Made by a program: the position numbers and the translations under genes
IMG/VR virus record: IMGVR_UViG_3300027754_000008
Span: 1 to 53,922 of that record
Strand: one strand, 5' to 3'
Length of the DNA stretch: 53,922 nucleotides
From: a virus
Taxonomy: Duplodnaviria; Caudoviricetes
The notes under the pieces: generated by a model
What the model was told of the DNA's origin: nothing
The model's database searches: none
The model's input: only the letters and a program-made list of their open reading frames with translations
Part shown: one piece after another, positions 9,783 to 20,141 of the stretch
Numbering within the stretch: position 1 is the stretch's first letter
How the letters are laid out: every line of letters starts with the position of its first letter

Positions 9783-11012
9783 ATGAGTTACAACAGCCCC
9801 TTCACGGGTAACGTCATCCAACCAACGGATGTTTCATACCGCGCCATAACCATTACAAATACAACGCTCCAGTTGGAATGGCCTATCAACGGTACGACTA
9901 CTGATGATGCCGCCGCTCGTATTATGGAGGTAGCAACTACTGGGGTTTCAGAGTTGTGGATGCCTCCTGCTAATCAGTCTTCGGTAGGTAACGATGCGTT
10001 GATTCGTAACACTGGCGGTGAAGACTTTGATGTCATGGATTACGACGGTCAAAATGTTATTGTTACCGTGCTGGTAGGTGAGGCTCAATACATTTACATC
10101 ACTGACAATCCTGATGAGCAAGGCACATGGGGCATCATTGCCTATGGTATTGGTTCTTCTGGTCAAGATGCGGCAACCCTTGCAGGGTATGGTCTTTTGG
10201 CTATTGGTCAGACGTTGAATCAGAGCCAACCTGTTACGACGTTTTCTTCTAACTACACAGCGTTAGCTACTGATCGTTCTAGCACTTATGTGTGGACTGG
10301 TGGTGCAGGAACTTTGACTCTGACCCTTGCGTCAACATTGGCTGACAATTGGTTTATGTTCTTGCGCAACAGCGGAACAGGTGCTTTGACTGTTGCAGGT
10401 TCTGGTGGAAATACCATCAATGGTTCTACTTCCATCATTCTTCAGCCAACAGATTCCTGCATTATTGTGTGCAGTGGAACGACTTTTTACACCGTAGGTC
10501 TTGGTAAATCAACGCAGTTTGCGTTTACCCAATTATCTAAAGCTGTTTTGTCTGGAACCTACACCCTAACCGCTTCAGAGGCGTCTAACGTCATTCAGAA
10601 GTACACAGGTGCATTAACAGGAAACGTAACAATTGTGGTGCCTGCTACGGTTCAGGTGTACTACATCGTAAATGAAACAACAGGTGCTTACACCGTCACA
10701 ATCACAACGGGTGCTGGCGCTACGGCGGTTTTAACTACTGGTACCCAAGCCACACTAGTTTGCGACTCAGTCAATTTGTACAACGCAAACACCATCCTTG
10801 CAGGGTCGTCTTCAATCAGTTTGATTAACGGATCAGTTGGCGCACCGTCTTTAAATTTCGCATCGGAAACAACAACAGGTATCTACCGCGCCGCTTCGGG
10901 TGAATTTAATACGGCAATTCTTGGTGTTTTGAGATCAACAGTTTCTGCCTCTGGGCTTGCAATTGTTGGGACTGGAACCTTTAGTGGTGGTGTGCTTGGA
11001 GGCACATTTTGA
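9783..11012 (+). CDS. Virion structural protein (fibre or spike-like)
   Basis: 409 aa, beta-rich, GSVGAPSLNFASETTTGIY module, ends GGTF like fibre 1. Confidence 0.6.
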   Translation: MSYNSPFTGNVIQPTDVSYRAITITNTTLQLEWPINGTTTDDAAARIMEVATTGVSELWMPPANQSSVGNDALIRNTGGEDFDVMDYDGQNVIVTVLVGEAQYIYITDNPDEQGTWGIIAYGIGSSGQDAATLAGYGLLAIGQTLNQSQPVTTFSSNYTALATDRSSTYVWTGGAGTLTLTLASTLADNWFMFLRNSGTGALTVAGSGGNTINGSTSIILQPTDSCIIVCSGTTFYTVGLGKSTQFAFTQLSKAVLSGTYTLTASEASNVIQKYTGALTGNVTIVVPATVQVYYIVNETTGAYTVTITTGAGATAVLTTGTQATLVCDSVNLYNANTILAGSSSISLINGSVGAPSLNFASETTTGIYRAASGEFNTAILGVLRSTVSASGLAIVGTGTFSGGVLGGTF

Positions 11013-13255
11013 CCAAAAAAGTTTTTACATTAGATACCCAGCCCGGCGTTCAGCGGGACGGAACTGTATTCGATGCAAACTGTTACAACGACGGTCGATG
11101 GGTTCGTTTTCAACGAGGTCGTCCTCGTAAAATAGGTGGTTATAGGGCTATCGTTCAAAATGCACATGGGTACTCTCGCGGCATTTATGTCAACTCTGTT
11201 GACGGAAACAATCAGGTTTTTAATGGCTACGATGATGGTTTGGAAGTTGTCAACATTGATAACGACGGTATTGGGTCAGGGATAAACCAGTTCACGTTCA
11301 CAGGCCCACTCTTAACGCTTAACACGCTTGTTGGTGGTTCTGGTTATGTAAACGCCACCTACACGGCTGTTCCTTTAACTGGTGGATCAGGAACAGGTGC
11401 AAAGGCTACTGTTGTAGTTTCTGGCGGAGCCGTTACCTCTGTGACCATAACGACTATCGGTAATGATTACGTTGTTGGGAATACTTTGAGCGCGTCAAAC
11501 ACCAACCTTGGTGGTAGCGGTTCTGGGTTCTCAATTAAAGTTGCAACAATTACTACTTTTACAGCAAACGATTTAAACCTATGGCAATTTGATTCAAGTT
11601 TTGACTCGCAGGGTTCTGGCAATCAATTGTTGATAGCACACGCTGGACAAAACCTTGCGCAAATTGATTCAACTGCTTTATCACCAGTTCTTGCTGGTGA
11701 CATTTTTGGGCTTACGCTATCCCCCCTTGTAGACTCTTCTGGGACAGCCCCAACAGGCGACATCATTGAAGTTGCTGGTGGTGTGGTTGTACTGCACCCC
11801 TATGTTTTTGTTTATGGGGACAATGGGTTAATTAAAAATTGCGTTGCTGGTGACCCTTATGATTGGAACGGGCCTGACTCCAACGAGACCAATGTAGCCT
11901 CCACAAAAATTGTTAAGGGTCTTCCTGTGCGCGGTGGATCAAACGCACCGTCTGGTTTGTTTTGGTCGTTAGATTCTTTGATTCGCGTGTCCTACACCCC
12001 GACCACAATTACTGTTGGGGCAACATCTAGCACTTTTTATTGGCGCTATGACATCATTTCTAGCCAATCATCTATTCTTTCAAGTCAGTCTGTGATTGAG
12101 TATGACGGCATTTATTATTGGTGTGGGTCAGATAGGTTTTTGCTTTACAACGGTGTGGTTAAAGAAATTAAAAACACGTTCAACCAAAATTACTTTTTTG
12201 ACAACTTAAACTACGCACAACGTCAAAAAGTTTATGCCAACAAGGTTCCTCGTTTTGGAGAAATTTGGTGGTTTTTTCCATCTGGAGACTCTGAAGAGTG
12301 CAATGATGCGGTAATTTATAACGTGCGAGAAGACATTTGGTACGACGCTGGTGAGGCATTAGGTGCAAACAGGTCGGCTGGTTATTTCTCACAAGTTTTT
12401 CATTACCCAATAAATGCAGGTACAACTAAGACCACACAAGATTTGCTTTTTTCGGCGTCTATTGCAACAACCAATAGCAGTGCCAACATTACGATTGCCC
12501 CTAATAATTTGGTTGCTGTTGGGCAATTAGTTATTTCAACTAGTTTGCCTACTAACAGTTTAATAACTGCTATTGTTGCAACCGTGGCATCTCCCACGGC
12601 GGTGTCTGGCGTGTCTGGTGCAAGCACGATTGTGGTTAGCAGTGCCACAGGCATTCTGCGCAATCAAGCTGTAACTGGAACGGGTATCGGAGTTGGAGCG
12701 GTTGTCACGGTCATTGCTGGTACAACAATTACATTGTCTGTTGTCAATAGCGCAACTGTGTCTGGTGCGCTTTCTTTTGCTGGGTTGACTTTAACGCTAT
12801 CTTTGGCGGCTACAGCAACAATAATTGAGACTGCTACGTTTAACACTGTGGCTGGATTAGTTACGTTATGGCAACACGAAATAGGAACTGACGAAGTAGT
12901 GGCAAGCACTTCAAATGCCATTGAAAGTTACTTTGAAACATCGGACTTAGGTTGGGTGCAGGGCGGCCCGCCCCAGACCTCTCCAGTTGGAGATAATGTT
13001 TGGCTTCGTTTAGAGCGTGTTGAGCCTGACTTTATACAGACTGGCGAGATGACTTTTAGGGTGATTGGTCGATCCTTTGCGCAGTCTGAGGATGTTACAT
13101 CCGACCCTTATACATTTGATCCAGACACTGGCAAAATTGACATGAGAGAGCAACGACGCGAAATTCGATTGTTTTTCAAAAGCAATGTACAGGGCGGTAA
13201 CTACCAAATGGGTAAAGTTTTACTTAGCGCCACCGTTGGTGATGTGAGACCATAA
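11009..13255 (+). CDS. Tail nozzle / DNA stabilisation protein (P22 gp10 / T7 gp12-like role) with inserted Gly/Thr-rich domains
   Basis: 748 aa beta-rich; WVRFQRGRPRKIGGY and FGEIWWFFPS motifs; position just before the internal proteins. Confidence 0.6.
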   Translation: MTKKVFTLDTQPGVQRDGTVFDANCYNDGRWVRFQRGRPRKIGGYRAIVQNAHGYSRGIYVNSVDGNNQVFNGYDDGLEVVNIDNDGIGSGINQFTFTGPLLTLNTLVGGSGYVNATYTAVPLTGGSGTGAKATVVVSGGAVTSVTITTIGNDYVVGNTLSASNTNLGGSGSGFSIKVATITTFTANDLNLWQFDSSFDSQGSGNQLLIAHAGQNLAQIDSTALSPVLAGDIFGLTLSPLVDSSGTAPTGDIIEVAGGVVVLHPYVFVYGDNGLIKNCVAGDPYDWNGPDSNETNVASTKIVKGLPVRGGSNAPSGLFWSLDSLIRVSYTPTTITVGATSSTFYWRYDIISSQSSILSSQSVIEYDGIYYWCGSDRFLLYNGVVKEIKNTFNQNYFFDNLNYAQRQKVYANKVPRFGEIWWFFPSGDSEECNDAVIYNVREDIWYDAGEALGANRSAGYFSQVFHYPINAGTTKTTQDLLFSASIATTNSSANITIAPNNLVAVGQLVISTSLPTNSLITAIVATVASPTAVSGVSGASTIVVSSATGILRNQAVTGTGIGVGAVVTVIAGTTITLSVVNSATVSGALSFAGLTLTLSLAATATIIETATFNTVAGLVTLWQHEIGTDEVVASTSNAIESYFETSDLGWVQGGPPQTSPVGDNVWLRLERVEPDFIQTGEMTFRVIGRSFAQSEDVTSDPYTFDPDTGKIDMREQRREIRLFFKSNVQGGNYQMGKVLLSATVGDVRP

Positions 13256-13500
13256 TGCTTGCAGTTGTCTACGACCCTCGTTACCACACCTTTGACTCAT
13301 GGGCGTCAATCATGTGTGAGGCGTATGCTGGGCAACAGTTGTCAATTCCAAATGCACAAACCGATTGGAAGCAGTGGGCAACGGGTTTGAAGGCAATTGA
13401 TGTGTTTACAAATGAAGGCATACCTAGCCCTGACATCTACGATGATTGGCACGATTGGGCGGCGGCTCTAGTCGGTGCTGTTAACCAGAGGGTTAAATAA
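13255..13500 (+). CDS. Small Trp-rich tail-region protein
   Basis: 81-aa coupled ORF (WKQWA, WHDWA). Confidence 0.6.
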   Translation: MLAVVYDPRYHTFDSWASIMCEAYAGQQLSIPNAQTDWKQWATGLKAIDVFTNEGIPSPDIYDDWHDWAAALVGAVNQRVK

Positions 13501-13501
13501 T

Positions 13502-15916
13502 ATGCGAGGCGGATACGATTACGAAGAGTCCTATGAGGACACCGCACCTGAAGAGGTAGCGCCTACGGCCCTTGCAACGCCCTCTGACGACCAAATTCTT
13601 GCCTTTGTTCAAGCCAACATTGATAACCCTGCGTTGATTGCTGAGACAGCGGCGCAGTACGGTGTTTCTGTTGCTGACTTGTCCCGCGTTACTGGCTATG
13701 GAGAAGACGCTGTTGTTAGTTATTTTCAACAAGCTGATGTTGCCCCCCCTGCATATACGCCTCCACCTACTGGCGGTCTTAATGCTGTAGCTGAGACAAC
13801 TACTCCTCCACCACCTCCTCCAGAAAGAGTTGAAGAGCCGCCTCCACGTCCAGAGATTTACGAGCCTCCTCCAGACCCAGAGGAACCTATCTACGAGCCA
13901 CCTCGTCCACCAGAAAAGCCTGTCTACGAGCCTCCACGTCCGCCTGTGATTGTTGAGCGTCCAGAGCCGCCTCCACCTCCAGTGGATGTTAGACCCCCTC
14001 CACCTCCTCCTATAAGGGAGATTGAAGAACGTCCTCCAGAGAAGCCTGTGGTTGAGCCTCCTCGCCCTCCAAAAGAGATTGTGGAGCGTCCAGAGCCACC
14101 TCCACCACCACCTCCTGTGGAGATAAAGCCTCCTCCAATTGAGGAAAAACCTGTTGTGGAGCCACCTTCGACACCGCCACCTTCTGTTGAAAAACCTGTG
14201 GTTTTGCCAACAGTTACTGATTACCAAGGCAATCAGTATGACGGTGCTCAGTTATTAACGCTGGCTCAACAAATTGCACAAAACGCAGGCTCCATGACTG
14301 GCGGTGCATTTCAAACTAAAGGTCAGAATATTGGTTTTGCCGCCAGTGAAGCAAATACTCTATTAGGTAGGACAGCTACAGCATCCGAGCAGGTGCTCTT
14401 GGATATGGCGCGTCAACTGATTCAAACTGGCGTAACTGATTTGAGTCAGTTAAAAACCCAAGACATTACAAGTAGCGGTGTTAGTGTTCAAATTGACCCT
14501 GAGACAAATCAATACTACGCGCTTATTCCAAGTGGAGATGGCGAAACATCTACTCGCAAAGAATTAACTCCTGATCAAGTTGCCAAGATTAAAACCGAGG
14601 AAATTTATTTAGGTGGTGATAACGGCACACAAATCCAAAGAACAATTGATGACTTAGTTACAGGCAAAGGCTTGTTTGCTAATGGCAAGTTGTTGACACA
14701 ACAAGATGCTGTAGATAACCCTATTGCATACACGATTGGTGCTACCTACACAGGTGGTGGTGGTACTAGTTATGACTTGAAGTTTGATCCTAAGACTGGC
14801 AAGTCGGTAGTTTCTGCAAATGGTTTTACAACCAGTGACGCAGACTCAATCATGCCAATCATTATGGTTGCGTCAAACTTCTTGTTGCCCGGCGTTGGCT
14901 CCATGCTTGCCAGCACACTTGCTGAGGCTGGTATGAGTGAGATTGTGTCTCAGGTTGTTTCAAAGGCTGTCATCAATGGCGTGACAAGCGGCATCATGGC
15001 TGAAGCCTCTGGCGGACAATTTGGGGATGGATTTTTAAAGGGTGCCGTTACTGGTGCTATCTCTGCTGGTGTTGCTCCAATGATCTCTACGGCATTGCCG
15101 TCAGACCTTTCGCCTGCTATGTCCACTGCTTTAACCAAAGCAGGCACAGCGGCTATAACGGCTCTAGCAACTGGCAAAGATGTCGGTACTGCTGTTGGTA
15201 CTCAGTTGCTTAATTCTGTTGTTGGCACAGGTCTTTCATCTGTTACTGGTGAGATGGGACTTTCAACTGCTGATGCAAAATTGTTGAACTCTGTTTTAAC
15301 TCCAGTCATAACTCAATTGGTTACAAATGGCAATGTCAACGATGCAACCATAATGAATGCTGTGTTGTTGGCTGGCTCTACCGTGCTTGCTAATACGGGT
15401 TCTATTACTAATACTACGGATGTAACCACTGGTGACGACACTAGCGGTGGCGGATTAAACTTGCTTGCACGAGATGCGGCTAGTACGCTTGGGACTGGTT
15501 TGGCAACAGCATCAACAGTAAATGGATTAGTGAGTAAAGCAACATCTTTAACCCAACCAGTAACCAAAGTTAACAAGACTAAAGCCAGTTTGGTTGGCGC
15601 TCTGACAACAACAGGTAAGCCAACAACCAAGGTAGCGGCTGTAAAGCCTGCGGCGTTAAGTACACTTAATGCGGCTAAAACAACAAGTTCAGCAGTAAAA
15701 CCCGCCGCTCTTGGTGCATTGAATACAGCTAAGAAAACCCTGACTGCACAGCAAATTTCTCAATTGAAAGCAAACAAGCCAGCGGCACAAGTTAATGTGG
15801 CAAACTTGACACCAATTAAAAAAGCTACACCGCCGCAAAAAGTGGACGTTAAAACCTTGATACCTGTAAAAACGGCACAGTTGCCAGCAGGCTTGAATAC
15901 GAAGAAAATGGGGTAA
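13502..15916 (+). CDS. Putative internal virion (ejection) protein with Pro/Glu-rich tract and hydrophobic helical region
   Basis: Long ORF in the ejection-protein position; poly-Pro block; Gly/Ala-rich amphipathic helices; basic tail. Confidence 0.6.
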   Translation: MRGGYDYEESYEDTAPEEVAPTALATPSDDQILAFVQANIDNPALIAETAAQYGVSVADLSRVTGYGEDAVVSYFQQADVAPPAYTPPPTGGLNAVAETTTPPPPPPERVEEPPPRPEIYEPPPDPEEPIYEPPRPPEKPVYEPPRPPVIVERPEPPPPPVDVRPPPPPPIREIEERPPEKPVVEPPRPPKEIVERPEPPPPPPPVEIKPPPIEEKPVVEPPSTPPPSVEKPVVLPTVTDYQGNQYDGAQLLTLAQQIAQNAGSMTGGAFQTKGQNIGFAASEANTLLGRTATASEQVLLDMARQLIQTGVTDLSQLKTQDITSSGVSVQIDPETNQYYALIPSGDGETSTRKELTPDQVAKIKTEEIYLGGDNGTQIQRTIDDLVTGKGLFANGKLLTQQDAVDNPIAYTIGATYTGGGGTSYDLKFDPKTGKSVVSANGFTTSDADSIMPIIMVASNFLLPGVGSMLASTLAEAGMSEIVSQVVSKAVINGVTSGIMAEASGGQFGDGFLKGAVTGAISAGVAPMISTALPSDLSPAMSTALTKAGTAAITALATGKDVGTAVGTQLLNSVVGTGLSSVTGEMGLSTADAKLLNSVLTPVITQLVTNGNVNDATIMNAVLLAGSTVLANTGSITNTTDVTTGDDTSGGGLNLLARDAASTLGTGLATASTVNGLVSKATSLTQPVTKVNKTKASLVGALTTTGKPTTKVAAVKPAALSTLNAAKTTSSAVKPAALGALNTAKKTLTAQQISQLKANKPAAQVNVANLTPIKKATPPQKVDVKTLIPVKTAQLPAGLNTKKMG

Positions 15917-15919
15917 ATT

Positions 15920-18900
15920 ATGGCAAGAACAGTACGCAACCCTTTGGAATTAAGAACGCCCGTCCGAACAATTAGTTCGGTCATGCGTAATGCACCCCGT
16001 CAACAATTCAGACCTACTGAATTAGATTTTGGCGATGGTTTTGGTCGTTCGGATCGAGGTGACCGAGGCGGTCGCGGTGGCATGGGAGTTCGCGGTGATC
16101 GCGGCGGTCAAGATGATTTTGGCAATTTAACCTCTGTTACTCGCGCACCCCGTGAAACAATTGCTGGTGGTTCTCCTGTATCTGGAGGCGTAACAACCCC
16201 AACTTCTCGTGGAACAACTACAGGTGCTCCAGTAGCGCGTGTGCAAACAGGTGCAAGCAGAGCACCACAGGGTCTAGCTAAACCTGCTGTTACTTCGACA
16301 CTTAAGGCACCCACTTCTCAGGCTGGCGCTAAACCACCCGTGGCAAAACCTGTAACGGCTAAAGCAACCACACTCAAGCCAACAACAGCCAAAACGCCTG
16401 TTACTGCAAAGACTGCGGCTAAAGCACCAGTTACTGCTAAAACAGCGGCTAAGGCTCCTGCGGTGGCTAAACCCGCCGTTACGTCCAAGTTAACTACGCC
16501 TGCCAAAACACCTGTTGCCGCTAAGACAACAACTACAAAAGCTCCTATTGCGGCTAAGACTACTACGCCAGTTGCCAAAACTCCAGTTATAAAAACTCCA
16601 GCAGTTAGCCCAGTTAAACCAACAACGCCAACTACTAAGCCAACAAGCAGTTTGACTAGCGCATTAAAAACTGCGGCTATTGGTGCGGGTACAGCCGCGC
16701 TGGTTAACAAGTTAATTGGTAAGACTCCAACAACCACAACAACAAAACCAACAACAACAACAAAACCAACTGGAATTCCAACAACAACCACAACAAAGCC
16801 TACTGGGATTTCCACCACAACAAAACCTACGGGCATTCCAACATCGGTTTTAAAACCACCCGTTGCAAAGCCAACATCTACAGCGACTAAAGCGGCAACA
16901 GCCGCCGCCGCTACAAAAGCCGCGACTTCTACAAAAGCCACTGGTGCCACAGGCGCAACTGGTACTTTGACAGAAGAGCAGATTCAAGATGAGTTGGATA
17001 AAGCTAAAGCATTAGAAGAGGGCAATGTTGTCCCTGAAGGCGCTGTAACCAATGAAGATGGTTCTTACTCAGTTACTGAGGATGGCATGGTTACAACCTA
17101 TGACAAGGATGGAAACATCATTGGCATGGAGGCGGCTGAGGACACTACAACTGGCGTAGACACCACAACTGGTGCAGACACAACACTGACCACTGGTGCA
17201 GACACTTCTACCATGACAGACCTTGGTGAAGGTTACTTTGCTGATGCCGATGGAAACGTCTATGGCGCTGATGGCAACTTGATGTACACCGTCGGTGCAG
17301 ATGGTGAGTATGTTGATGCAAATGCTACTGGCGTTGATACAACTACTGCTGATGCAACAACTTGGACAGACCCTGACACTGGATTAACTTGGAATCAAGG
17401 TGCGGATGGTGAATGGTCTCAAGAGGGTATTAGCACTGAAGACGTAAACTCTTGGACTGACCCAGATACAGGGATGACTTGGAATTTAGGAGCCGATGGC
17501 GAGTGGTCTCAAGAGGGTTTAGGTTCTGCTGAGGAAGTCACTTCGTGGACTGATCCTGATACTGGTGAAACATGGAACCTCGGTGCTGATGGTGAATGGA
17601 ACCAAGAAGGTGGTGACGACACGTTGGTTGACGACACATTGGTTGATGATGGATCAGTTGACGACACATTAGTTGCTGACGATGAATACGTCGATGACGG
17701 TTCAGATTATGAAGAAGCCAAGGGCGGCTCAATTGTTAAAAAGTACAAACGTAATGCACGTCGCTTTGAAGATGGTGGCGAAGTTTATATGCCCGATGGA
17801 GCGGAAGACAACAACGACGGCACATTTACATTGGACAACACCGTTTATGACATGATGTCAGGTAATCCGCTGTACACAATGAATGTTGACGGCGAGATTA
17901 TGAGTGTTGAGCCGTCTGCCAATTCTGGTTATGAAGACAATGGGGATGGTACATATACCCTTGAGGGCATTACCTACGATATGCAGACGGATATGCCTCT
18001 GTACAAAGAAAATGCAGATGGCGGAGTTGATTTAGCCACCGACAACAATGATGGTACATATACGATTGGCAATCAGACCTACGATATGCAAACCAATGAA
18101 CCGCTGTACACAACAGACGCAGACGGAAACATCGCTGTTGGTGCAATTACATCTTCTGGTTCTGGAAACAAACCAAGTTTCTTAGCGCAACAATCAGATC
18201 GCGATGAGTCTGTTTCTGGTCGATATGATCAACCATACCAAAACCAAACTGGCATTTTGGATTCTTTGTTAAACGCCGTGCGCGATAACCCCGGTCTTGC
18301 TGGCGGTGCCGTAGGTGCTTTGATTGCATCTTTGATGGATCAGGCTGGTGGCAGTGATTCTGCTGGCACAAGACAACCTGTAGACATCTCTGAGTTGACT
18401 TCATTCAATCCTCGCACCACAGACTTTGGTGCAGGTATGGTTGGCGGTCGCACAGGTACTGGTAGCCCAATCGTTTCTTATGCTGACTACTCAGAAGGCG
18501 GCGGGGATGAAATCATTGATGATCGCTTGTATTCTGATCTTGGAATATCGGGGTACTTAAGAGAACCCGATATGAATAACTACAGGGATGAAGAGGGTAA
18601 CCTCACAGATCAGTCTGGAAACCTTGTTGATGAATACGGCTACTTGCTAGAAGACGGTGGCTATGAAGAAGAGCCACAAGAAGAATATATGGCTGAAGAT
18701 ATGGCTGAGGAAGAACCAGCAATGGCGGGTGGCGGTACAACGCACTACACGTTTGGTCGCGTGATGAACCCTGCTGAAAATCTTGGCTTGGGTCAAGGTA
18801 TGAAAAAGGGTGGTCTATCACAGGCGCACACTGTTCACAGCCATCAAACCAACCCAGTGGTAAATAATCGTGTGGACTTCCGTAAGGGTTCTGCTGTTAA

Positions 18901-19135
18901 CGGTGCAGGCGATGGTCAATCTGACGACATCCCAGCATGGTTAGCTGACGGTGAATACGTTATGGATGCCGAATTGGTTTCCATGTTAGGTAACGGTTCA
19001 AACAAAGCTGGTGCCAAAGTTCTTGATAAATTCCGAGAAGATATTCGCGCTCACAAAAGAAGCGCCCCGCTTGGTAAAATACCACCAAAGGCTAAATCAC
19101 CTTTGAACTATCTGAAGGAGTCTATGAATGGCTGA
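15920..19135 (+). CDS. Putative internal virion protein, low complexity, with C-terminal GxGDGxSDxIPAxLxDGEYV domain
   Basis: 1071 aa; basic N-half, acidic repeats, conserved C-terminal module. Confidence 0.65.
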   Translation: MARTVRNPLELRTPVRTISSVMRNAPRQQFRPTELDFGDGFGRSDRGDRGGRGGMGVRGDRGGQDDFGNLTSVTRAPRETIAGGSPVSGGVTTPTSRGTTTGAPVARVQTGASRAPQGLAKPAVTSTLKAPTSQAGAKPPVAKPVTAKATTLKPTTAKTPVTAKTAAKAPVTAKTAAKAPAVAKPAVTSKLTTPAKTPVAAKTTTTKAPIAAKTTTPVAKTPVIKTPAVSPVKPTTPTTKPTSSLTSALKTAAIGAGTAALVNKLIGKTPTTTTTKPTTTTKPTGIPTTTTTKPTGISTTTKPTGIPTSVLKPPVAKPTSTATKAATAAAATKAATSTKATGATGATGTLTEEQIQDELDKAKALEEGNVVPEGAVTNEDGSYSVTEDGMVTTYDKDGNIIGMEAAEDTTTGVDTTTGADTTLTTGADTSTMTDLGEGYFADADGNVYGADGNLMYTVGADGEYVDANATGVDTTTADATTWTDPDTGLTWNQGADGEWSQEGISTEDVNSWTDPDTGMTWNLGADGEWSQEGLGSAEEVTSWTDPDTGETWNLGADGEWNQEGGDDTLVDDTLVDDGSVDDTLVADDEYVDDGSDYEEAKGGSIVKKYKRNARRFEDGGEVYMPDGAEDNNDGTFTLDNTVYDMMSGNPLYTMNVDGEIMSVEPSANSGYEDNGDGTYTLEGITYDMQTDMPLYKENADGGVDLATDNNDGTYTIGNQTYDMQTNEPLYTTDADGNIAVGAITSSGSGNKPSFLAQQSDRDESVSGRYDQPYQNQTGILDSLLNAVRDNPGLAGGAVGALIASLMDQAGGSDSAGTRQPVDISELTSFNPRTTDFGAGMVGGRTGTGSPIVSYADYSEGGGDEIIDDRLYSDLGISGYLREPDMNNYRDEEGNLTDQSGNLVDEYGYLLEDGGYEEEPQEEYMAEDMAEEEPAMAGGGTTHYTFGRVMNPAENLGLGQGMKKGGLSQAHTVHSHQTNPVVNNRVDFRKGSAVNGAGDGQSDDIPAWLADGEYVMDAELVSMLGNGSNKAGAKVLDKFREDIRAHKRSAPLGKIPPKAKSPLNYLKESMNG

Positions 19136-20138
19136 TCTATTCCAAGGCGCGGCACTGCCTGACGTAACCACAACGACGCAGTCGCAAGATGTTGCACCAG
19201 AGTTTTACACTGACTACCTACAAGACATTGCCAACTTAGGTCAAAGCGCTGTCCAACAGGGCGGTGTGGCAGGCTTTAGCCCGTTGCAACAGCAAGCCCT
19301 CCAGATGGCTCCCAACATGGCTTTTGCTGGGACTGGCACATTAGGTCAAGCCAGCCAGATGTTGACGGGTGCAGGCGGTACAGCCGCTCCTGAGATTGTT
19401 GGCGGGTACATGAACCCCTATCAAGACTATGTAGTCGATGAGATGGGTCGCTTGACACAACGCAACGTACAAGAAAACGTGCTTCCAGCATTGGGTGCGG
19501 CGGCGGCTGGTACTGGTCAGTTTGGTTCACGTCGCCAACAGCAAGTCACTGGAAACACGCTTAGAGACATTCAGAACGATTTATTGGGCAGACAGTACCA
19601 AGCCCTCAGCGGTGGTTACGACAAGGCTACAACAGCCGCTCAAGCCGATCTACAGCGCCAATTGCAGGCTGGTCAAGGTCTTACCAGTTTAGGTCAAGAG
19701 CAGTTTCAAACAGGAACTGGTGGATTGACTGCGCTGTATAACATGGGTGCCAACGAGCAGAAGTTAGGTCAAGCCGCATTGGATTACCCAATGATTCAGG
19801 CTCAAAACTACGCTAAATTGCTGGCTGGTCAAAACATCCCCCAAGGGTCAATCAAACAAACCGTGGCACCCGGCGCTCAGGGGCAGTTTGGCATTAGCCC
19901 ATTGGCTCAAATTGGTTCTTTGGGTTCTATCTTGTATTCTTTGTATAACGGTGATCAAAATGCCGCCGCTACAACCGCAGTGCAAGCTGGTCAACCAGTT
20001 CCTGTTAAAAGGGCGGCAACTGGCGGTGCTGTAATGATGGCGGATGGTGGCGGTCTACAAGACGTTATGCCAAACAGCGCGGCATACCACGATGGTCAGG
20101 GTAATTATTACGACGAACACGGCTATTTGGTGGGGTAA
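19128..20138 (+). CDS. Putative DNA pilot / ejection protein
   Basis: Gln/Gly/Ala-rich; VAGFSPLQQQA, YMNPY and GQFGSRR motifs typical of podovirus pilot proteins. Confidence 0.65.
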   Translation: MADLFQGAALPDVTTTTQSQDVAPEFYTDYLQDIANLGQSAVQQGGVAGFSPLQQQALQMAPNMAFAGTGTLGQASQMLTGAGGTAAPEIVGGYMNPYQDYVVDEMGRLTQRNVQENVLPALGAAAAGTGQFGSRRQQQVTGNTLRDIQNDLLGRQYQALSGGYDKATTAAQADLQRQLQAGQGLTSLGQEQFQTGTGGLTALYNMGANEQKLGQAALDYPMIQAQNYAKLLAGQNIPQGSIKQTVAPGAQGQFGISPLAQIGSLGSILYSLYNGDQNAAATTAVQAGQPVPVKRAATGGAVMMADGGGLQDVMPNSAAYHDGQGNYYDEHGYLVG

Positions 20139-20141
20139 AGA

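Noticed and set aside
17363-17610. CRISPR-like repeat-spacer array
   Set aside because: The repeats are degenerate at third codon positions with in-frame 90/93-bp periods, so they are protein repeats; no cas genes
15920-19135. Tape-measure protein / long-tailed morphology
   Set aside because: Only the C-terminal module is tape-measure-like; no major tail protein, sheath, baseplate or tail-chaperone frameshift pair was found
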